This document shows positions 10,901 through 19,900 of a DNA stretch of 64,000 nt, one piece after another. Source of the stretch: Candidatus Micrarchaeota archaeon (GTDB taxonomy: Archaea > Micrarchaeota > Micrarchaeia > Anstonellales > Bilamarchaeaceae); assembly GCA_040754495.1 (NCBI GenBank), contig JBFMCO010000022.1, positions 18,233 through 82,232 on the forward strand. Reading direction: 5' to 3'. Position numbers and translations under genes: made by a program. A model generated the notes under the pieces. It saw only the letters and a program-made list of their open reading frames with translations. It searched no databases and was not told the DNA's origin. Every line of letters begins with the position of its first letter. Position 1 is the first letter of the stretch.

Positions 10901-13900
10901 GGCGCGTACCAGAACGGGGAGGGGAAGTGGGTCCGCCAGGAGGCGCAGCGCGGGGACGGTCCTGAAGGCATGGCTGCCATTAGCAGGATGCCAGGGTTCG
11001 CGGACTCGGAGCTCGTGAAGCACGCCATAGCGCAGGACGGGGTGAAGCCCGGCGCGAAGCCCGAGGAGCTCACCTGGAACGACTTGGTTGAGCAGGCGGT
11101 GAAGATGGGCGAGCTTCCGGACAGGCCGGAAGTCAGGCAGAACGCGTTCGCGGTGCCTATGGTGATAAACGGGAAGCCCGAAATCGTGGTCAAGGTCATG
11201 TTCGGCAAGCCGCCGGCAGACGCGCTCGAGGTGCGCTCGGTCCTGCAATCAAGGGGAATTGGCGGGCAGGTAGCCGCGGATGCAATAAACCTTTACAAGA
11301 TTTTCAATGGCGAGCAGGTGCCGCTCGAAGTCGCATCAAGATACATGGACGTCACGCTGCATGACCAGTACACGCGCATAAAGCAGGAGAAGATTGCCTC
11401 TGGGATGCCAGAGACGAAAGCCGATGCCGAGGCCCTCGTGGAGGTAGCCAAAAGCATGGCGCCCCGCGCCGGAGAGGGCGGGTTGGAAGCGGGCGGCCCG
11501 ATATCTCAGGAGGGGGTGGAGCTCCTCAGGATGGCCGAGGGGAAGCTCGACCTCGTGGAGGGGCTGACCGGGGCGGATGTCGCGAAGGCGACACTGGACT
11601 GGAGCCAGCCCAGGCTGGAGATGCTCAGGATTCTTACTGTTGAGGGAAGCCCGTACCGGGAGCGGTTCCTCGCAGCGGACCCGGCCGAGCGCGCGGTCAT
11701 CGCGGACGCGATTGCAAGGGGCGCGACACCGGAGCGCGCGTTCCTCAAGGCGGCCGAGGGCATGGTGCCTGCGGATGGCCGAAAACTGCTTGAGGTGGGA
11801 GAGCGGCTGAAGGGGCTTCCCGAAGCAGAGAGGAATCTCAGGTTAAGAGACCTTGAATCGCTGAATCCGGCCCTCGGAAGGATGCTTAAGAGGCTGGCGG
11901 ACCCTGCGACTCCGGAAACTGTGAAACAGGAGATTGCGGCCGAATGGGATTCGGCTGTTGCGGGCGCAGAGAGGCATAAGCGGGTCAATGAGGCGAGAGC
12001 GGCGCGGGACGCTGCGCAGCTTGCTGAGCAGGAGCTCGCCCTGCTGAAAGGGACGCCGGACGAGCAGGCCGCAGGACGCGTGCCGGCATGGATAGAGTCG
12101 GCCGCGAAGGCAAGGGGAAAGGACCCCGCGGCGCTCCATGAGGCGCTCGTGAAGGCATACGGAGAAGGCGGAACCGAAGGCAGGCTCAGGGTGCTTAACG
12201 AGCTGGGCGCGCTCGGCGGGATGCCTGAGGGGGTGCGCTCCACCTTCGTGCAGAACAGCCCGGAGTTCTTCGAGCTCATAGTGCGGGGCGGCCTTGAAGG
12301 CCGCGTGGCGGCGATGCCTGGATTCGAGGGCGGGATCATAGTCAATGCGGAGAAGCTCGAGGGGCTTCGCGGGGCGTACAAAATCGACGTGGAGATGCCG
12401 GACGGGTCAAAGCGCTCGCTGTTCGTGAAGGCCGAAGACCTGGTGCCGGCGCAGCTTGGAAGCGAGCTTGCCGGGGGGCATGGGCTTCTTCCGCCCGTGA
12501 TACACGCGGCCGACGGACAGGGCATGCCCTTCACCTATGATACGGGGATAAGATACACGGACCCCGTCTCAGGGCAGGAGACGGCGCACATGCAGGAGTT
12601 CGGCATAATGGAGGACGTCCATGATTATGCGACAGCCAGGCACAGCGACGTCATCATGCTTCCGGACGGCAGGAGCGCGCAGGTTACCGTGGAGAGCGTG
12701 GCGGTCGTCTCCAGGGAGGTGTTCGCGGACCCGGCGAGGATGCAGGCGATACTAGCGGACGAGCATCATCCCGCGCACAAGGTTGTCAAGGCGTTCTGGG
12801 AGCTTGCAAAAACAGAGGAGGGAAGGCAAAGGATTTTCCAGGCATGGCGGGCCTATCACGAGCTCTCGAGGAGGGCCATGCTCCTCGACCGGTTCGACAG
12901 GAACACGGTGGCAGTGCTCGTCACCACCCCGGAGGGAGAAAGCGTCCTCACGTTCCAGCCCATCGACATGGACTATGTGGCGGGAAAGATAGGCTCGGAC
13001 GGCGACCTTCGGTTCTTCAATGACGACTTCGCGTCAGCGAGCGTGGATTTTGCTACGAAGATTGCGGGGGCTGCGGGGGTTCCCGCAGAGACCGTCCTGG
13101 GAGAGATGGCGAAGGCGTACGGCTCTGACAGTGTGTTCCCGCGCGAAGCCGCGGACGAGAGGGCGGCCGCAGCGGCCTCGGTGCGCGCCACGCTGAACAA
13201 ATACGACGGCAAGCCTTTCGGGGCCGGCTACGACGTCGAGGACTACGGCAAGACGATTGGAAAGGATTACGTCGAATACGGCGGCAGGGACAGGATAGTC
13301 GGCCGGAGGGACGGCCGCGCGATTCTGCACGCCGGCGACATCACCCCGCTCGGCGAGCGGATAGGCGGGGCCGAGGCTGAGGCCGATTTCAGCAGGTTCA
13401 ATCGGGAGAAGTTCGAGAGGATGGCAAAGCCGCTCGAAGAAGCGGCTCCGCCTCCGGCAGTGGAAGCGCAGCCGCCCGCCGGAGAGAAGACTCCGCCCGG
13501 AAAGCGCGGTGCCGGCAACGTAACGCCGCCGGCAAGGCCGGGTGCGATGCGGGGCGCGCCTGCAGGCGGGCCGAGAACCGTGCCGGGCAAACGGGGGGCC
13601 GGAGGCGGGGAGCCGGTTGCAGCGCCGGGCGGAAGGAGGAAGGTGGCAATCGGAGGCGGGGAGGTGGAGCTCGAGCCTGCGCCGGAAAGGGCTCCGGAGC
13701 TCGCCGCGATGAAGATAAGCGAGGACGAGCTTTCGCAGCTCGGCGTCTCATACCAGGGCCTTTATCAGGACGGCGCAGGGAGGAGGCTGAACGTATTCGA
13801 AACGGAGGCCGGGGGGGAGAGGAGGCTTGTCGCCATCCCGGCAGACCTCAGCGGGAAGGCGATGCTCGATGCAATCGGGGCCGAGGTGCGCGCCCTGGGA

Positions 13901-16900
13901 AGGCCGACGGAACTGCCGCCGGAGCTGCGCGGCATGCCGCCGGACGTTTCGTCCCAGGTCGGGATGGACGGGGCGCCAAAGGCAAGGCTGCTCTCGTCCG
14001 AGCCCCTGGGGCGCGGCTCGAGCGCGGACGTGTATCTTGCGGAAATGGTGATTGACGGAAGGCCGACCCGCGTCGCGGTGAAGATATACAAGAACCCGGA
14101 GGGAAACGGGACGTGGCAGGAGCGGGCAGAATATTTCGCGGACGAGGTGAGGAAAGCGAAGATCCTGGGCGATGCAGGCCTCGGCCCGAAGGTGTTCGGG
14201 ATTGCCGATGCGGGCGGGAACATGGCTTTCGCGATGGAGGTCATCGAAGGCAAGCCGATGTACATAGACGAGATGGCGCCCGGGCTCCGCGCGAAATACA
14301 TCAATGAGGACACGTTCGCGCAGGTCCGGAAAATGTATGACGAGCTGATAGCCCACGGATACGAAATCGGCGATTTCGATTTCATGATATTGACCGAAGG
14401 GCCGAATGCCGGCAGGGTTGTGTTCCTGGACGCCGGGGCGCTGCGGGAGGTGCCGCGCGGCGCCCAGGGCGAGCCACGGCCAAGGTACGGCGACGGCGCG
14501 AAGAGGGCGGAGGGCGGGAGGCTTCAGGCTGAGGCCATGACCGCCATGGAATATTTCACGAAGATGGACCGCGACGAGCTTGCCGCGGTAGCCGAGGTCT
14601 CGAAGGGCCTGCTCGGACAGGGCCATGTGGATTCGGACACCATGCGCCTGCTTGCGGTAAGATGGGGGAGCCGCGAGGGAAGGGCCAGGGCGATAGGAGA
14701 GTATATCACCAGTATCGCAGGGGCCGATGAGCAGAAGGCAAAGGCCACGTTCGACGCGCTGAAACGCATCGAGGCGGAAACCGGCATACGGCTGCTGCCG
14801 GATGGCGCGAGGTTCGAGGACCTTGCAGCCAGGGCGGGGGAGGGCGAGATATCGGAGGCGGAAATCATCGCGCCGATGTCAGGGGACGATTACCATGCCG
14901 CGCTCGCAGGGATGCGCACGCAGGCAGCACGCGAAAGCGTAGCGCTCCACTTCAGCGGAAGGGGCGAAATCCCGGACGCGGCCACCTTCGAAAATGCTGC
15001 CATACTGGCCGATGAGGCGGCAGGCGCGAAGGTGCCGGAGCAGGGCCAGGCCGAGCTGTCCGTATATTATGATGGGAACGGCAGGATAATCGGCATAGCG
15101 GATAACGAGCGGCTCTTCTACGGCGACCCCAAGGCGATAAATGACAAGACGCCGGAGGCGAAGGTCAGGGTGGACCTGGAGAGCGGCAGGATAGTCTCCA
15201 TGGACGAGCGCGGCATGAAGAACCCGCTCCTTGCGGACCTGGTAGGGCTGAGGATACTTCCGGGCAAGGGAGCGGAGGGCGCAGGGCCCGGCGGAAGGGG
15301 CCCGCCACCGTTGCCCCCGATGAAAGTGCTTGACGAAGGCAGCATAGTTTCGGCTTATGCAAGCGGGACAGGGCAGGCGCAGAGGACGAGGGCCGCCCGG
15401 TCGTTCGTGATGCTCGATGGCGAGGGGCAGGGGAGGGTGATATCGGAGCTGCGCTCCCAGGGCCGCCATGAAGAGGCCAGGCATCTTACCGAGCTGCAGG
15501 CGATAGGTGGGGAAGCCGGCGCAGGCATCGAAAGGGTTTACGGAATCCCGAGGGACGAGATTATCACGATATACGCGCGGGAGCCGACAGCCCAGGGCGC
15601 GAGGAAGGCGCTCGCGGAGAGGCTCGGCATCGTCATCCTGCCTTTCGAATGGGAGCATTATCCTGCGGACAGGAGGCAGTGGGTGTCCGTCCCGTACCGG
15701 GATTTCAGGTCTTTCGAGGACGACCACTTCCTCTTCGGGCTCATTACCTCAGGGAACATGATTGACACGGTCTCGCAGATGTATCCGGGAGGGAGGATAG
15801 CCTCCATAGAATACCATAACGGGGCGATAGGCGCTTACGAGGTCGCCATCAGGACGCAAAACGGGGAGACGCGCACCGTTTTCGTGAAGAGGCAGGATTT
15901 GCGCCCGGATGCGGCCGGCTCGGACTACTCGGTCCGCTCAGGCGTCCCGGCTCCTGAGGTCATCACCAGCGCCGGAGGCAGGGAGCTTACTTACGTCGGC
16001 CCGGACGGGGAGGTCTCGCGCTACGGCATTATAACCAACATGAGGGATTTCGGGGGGATGATGAGGTTCGGGGGAGTCGAGGCGCAGGTCAGGGCTACGG
16101 ACGAGACCGCGCTGTGGGACCTCGACAGGAGCCCCCTTGCCGGCTCGCTCATGTCTCAGGACCCGCAGGTGAGGGCGAAATTCTGGGAGGAGCTCGGCTA
16201 CATGCTGGCAGGCTCTTACGCGACCGGGATATGGGACAGGCATGCGGGAAACGCGCGCGCGATGGTCCTCGAGGTGCAGAACGCGGACGCGCACACGAAC
16301 CCCGCGGACCAATCATCACCGACAGTGGGCGAGGCGCTGTCGCAGAAGGGCTACTGGGTGTGGCAGCAGGACGGAAAGACGTACATGTTCATGATAGGCG
16401 GCATAGACACCGACACCGCGGCCAACTACCTTGCCGGCGAGGCGCACGGCAGCTTCGACATGACCGGCATGAACATAAGGTACGGCTATGTCGACCTCCA
16501 CAGCCTCTTTAACAGGCTAGCGACGATAAGAGGCACGAGCGTGGATGCGCTCGTCATGGAAGCCTTCGGCGATGTCAGCGGCGGTCAGGTGCCCGGCCCG
16601 GTCGCGATGGGCATGAAGAGGTGGTGGCGCGACTTCGGGAGCGACCCGCACTATGCCGATGAGATGGCCGGCCGGTTCTCCAGCCACGAAGGCGAGAGCA
16701 TAGGCTTCGGATACCCCAGGACCGAGCAGGAGCTGGACGTGATAAGGCAGGGGGGCGTGCTCCATCAGGAGAATCCGCAGAACGGCGACCCTTACACCAT
16801 CATCGCCTTCGCTGACGGCAGGTCTCGGATGAGGCCGGAATACGAGATAGTGCACCGTGAGGACATCGAAGCCCTCGACCCGCGCATAGCCGCGATGTTC

Positions 16901-19900
16901 CCTCCAGGGAGGGACATGTACGCCGTGGAGATAACCGGCGAGGTGCGGAAGGCCGTTCCGGACATAGACAAGAGGACGAACCGCATCCGGACCTCGGACG
17001 GCAGGATGGTCGCGATAATAGACTCGGCCGACCCGCTCGCGAAAACGCTGCTCGACGGGGGAATTCCTATGGTGAAGGCGAGGCGCGACATGCCCCGGCA
17101 GGGAGAAGTTGCCGTGGATGATGCGACCGGCATAATACGGGCCGCTCCAGGGTTCGGAAAGCTGACCGGAATCCAGGCCTACCAGGCCGGCCCGGTTCCG
17201 GTTTTCCGGGCGATGATGGGGGCAGGGGAGGGGTTCATGCTCGGGCAGTTCGCGCACATCGGCCATTATATATTGGCCAAGGAAACGAGCGTGAGGGAAG
17301 CCGCGCAGGTTCCTGCCGGAGTGGTGGCCGGGGAGATAGAAGCGCCGGGAATAGAGCGCATGCCCGCCCCGGCGCAGGTGGAAGGGGTAAGGGGCGGGAT
17401 GAGGGACCTGGTAGGGGCAGTCAGGTCCGGAGACGAGGGCAGGATAAGGGCCGCGGAAGCCGAGTACGATAAGAGGCTCGGAGTGCTGGCCAGGCTAAGG
17501 CCAGATACGGAACTGAGGGTCGTGGAAAACGAGACGCTGTTCGCGGACCTGGCTCCAGGGGGGCAGGCACAAGCGAAGGTGCTCGCGGCAGACTATCTCA
17601 GGAACAGGTCCGCAGGAAAGAAGCTTGACGGCGACCTGCTCGTCATCGACTACCTCGTATCGCATGGAATGAACGCGGTGGATGCGGCTGCGGCAGTCGT
17701 GAATCTGGGGGGCGCCGGGAAGGCGCCTGCCCCTGTGACGCTTCCGCCGTACGTTGCCGAGCACTTCGGGACCAGGCAGCCTGACCCGGTCACGGCTGAA
17801 AACGCGCTGATTCTTGCCGGGGACAGGAATACGCTCGGAAGATTGGGCATACCGGACGGCCTTGGCAGGGTCCTGAAAAGCGAGGGCATGGCTGTCGTGT
17901 CCGAAGGAAAGAGGATGACCGAGGTGAGAGGCTATTACGATCTGGAGAGCGGCAGGATAATATACCTCGGCAGGACGGACGCGCCAAGGGAGGTCACGGC
18001 GGGAGGAGTGGAGTTCGTCCTCCGTTTCGACCATGAGAGCGGGAGGGTATCCATTCCGGAAAGCGAGGACGTGCCGCTTCCGGATTCGATTGCCAGGCTG
18101 AACGGAATGCGCATTGCGCCCCCGCCCCAGGCAGTGCCGTTTGGCGTTTTCGGCATTTTCATGCCACTGTTCAAGTATTTCAGGAAGCCCCCGGCAGCCG
18201 CCCCGCAACCTGAGGCCGTGCCCATCAAGGTCCCGAGGTCCAGGAACGACATCCAGGGAAGGGCCGAGGGCATAAGGGGGCTGCCCCCGGACCAGCAGGC
18301 GCAGGAGCTTGCGGGGCTGCACGATGCCGTGGCCGCCGAGCATGGCGACGTTTATGCGAGGAATTACCGCGACATGATGGAGGAGCTGGTGAAGCATCCG
18401 GAGCATTCGGGCAGGATTCTCGACGAGTGGGAGGCGGTGAGGGCCGAGGAGAAGCATTACGAGGCGCTCGAGAGGGCGAGGAGGTATGCCTTCTCGGCCG
18501 CAGAGGGGTTCGGGATTGTCAGGGGGCAGGACAGGAAGCTCATATCAGGCGGAGAGTACGCGGCGGACATGGCACGCTCGAGGGGCGAGAAGCCCAAGGC
18601 ATTCCGGAAACGGCTCCTCGAAGCGTATGATGCCGGGTTCAGGAGAGGAGGCGTGCTCGATGCGAGGCTCGGCGTGGCAAATTCGCTGGGTGTGCTCGAC
18701 AATATAGTGGTAGAGTCGCGGCCGGGCGTCTTGGACGAAAAGAGGACGATGCAGGCGAGGAAGGAATTCATCAGGAAGAACCCGGAGTTCTTCGACCTAA
18801 TCATGAGGGGCGGACTCGAGGAGGTCATCTCCGCGAACCTCGGGGCCGGCGACGTGAGAATCGCAGGAGTCTCGCACGCGGGCGGCATGGCGCGGGGCGC
18901 GTACGGCGTGGAGGTCCTCCTTCCGGACGGCAGGAGGAAGCGCGTGTTCGTGAAGCTGGAGGACCTCGGGCCTGCCGCGTTCGGGGCTGATTTGGCCAGA
19001 GTCGAGGGCATGATTGCGCCGAAAGTCTTCACTGCGGATTCGCAGGGAAGGCCGCTCTCGTATGACGTGAGCTACAAGGACCCCATCGGAAAGAGGATGG
19101 TGAGCGGCCAGAGGCGCTTTGGCATCATGCTGGATGTCCGCGACACGGTAGGGCAGAAGGCCAGGGTGAGGACCGCGGACGGGAGGTTCAGGGAGATAAC
19201 GGTCACGAGCGTGGCGCTCGTTGGCGACGACATCTTCAATGCCAGGTCGCTTGACGGGATACCCCAGCCCTCCAGGGCCGCCGCGGAGGACTTCTGGACC
19301 GCAATGGGAAGCGAGGGCGGGCGCGAGGAGATGTTCAGGACGTGGTACGCGTACCAGGAGATGTCAAGGCGGGCCACCCTCAGCGACAGGCACACCGGGA
19401 ATTCGATGTACGTCATCGGCGTGACGTCGGATGGCGAGACCGTGAGGACGTTCCAGCCCATAGACCCGGACGATATCGGAGCCAAGGTCGAGGCCAGGCC
19501 GGAGGGCATGAACTTCAGCGAGTTCAACGATTTTTCCGCGCTCTACACGTCGAATTTCGTGAACGGCCTGTACCTCGCGTCGGATAACGCCGCGAGCCTC
19601 GGCCTGCTCAAATCCCCGATCAACCGCGCGCAAGCGAGCAGGGCAGCATCGAGCGACGCCGCGATGTCAGGGTGGAGGCTTCCGGAAGACCCCGGGTGGG
19701 TGAGGTCCGCGGCTGAGTTCATAATCATGGATTACGATGGCAAGCCGTTCGGCCTCGGAACGGACATGACGATAGGCGGGCACGGCTCGTACATAAAATA
19801 CCATGCCGGCAGGAGGAGGGCGGCAGGCTACGACGGCCGCGTCCGGATGTACTCGGACGAGATGCTGGCGGTTTATCGGGGAGCGCAGGACCCTGCCAAC

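Noticed and set aside
2243-18457. Many further 60-560-aa ORFs in other frames or antisense within the giant gene (for example 4250..5944, 2635..3549, 3553..4620, 11506..12534, 17495..18457)
   Set aside because: Same reasoning. All are nested in the 20.5-kb frame, compositionally biased (Ser/Ala/Pro/Arg), and none has a start context or recognisable domain.
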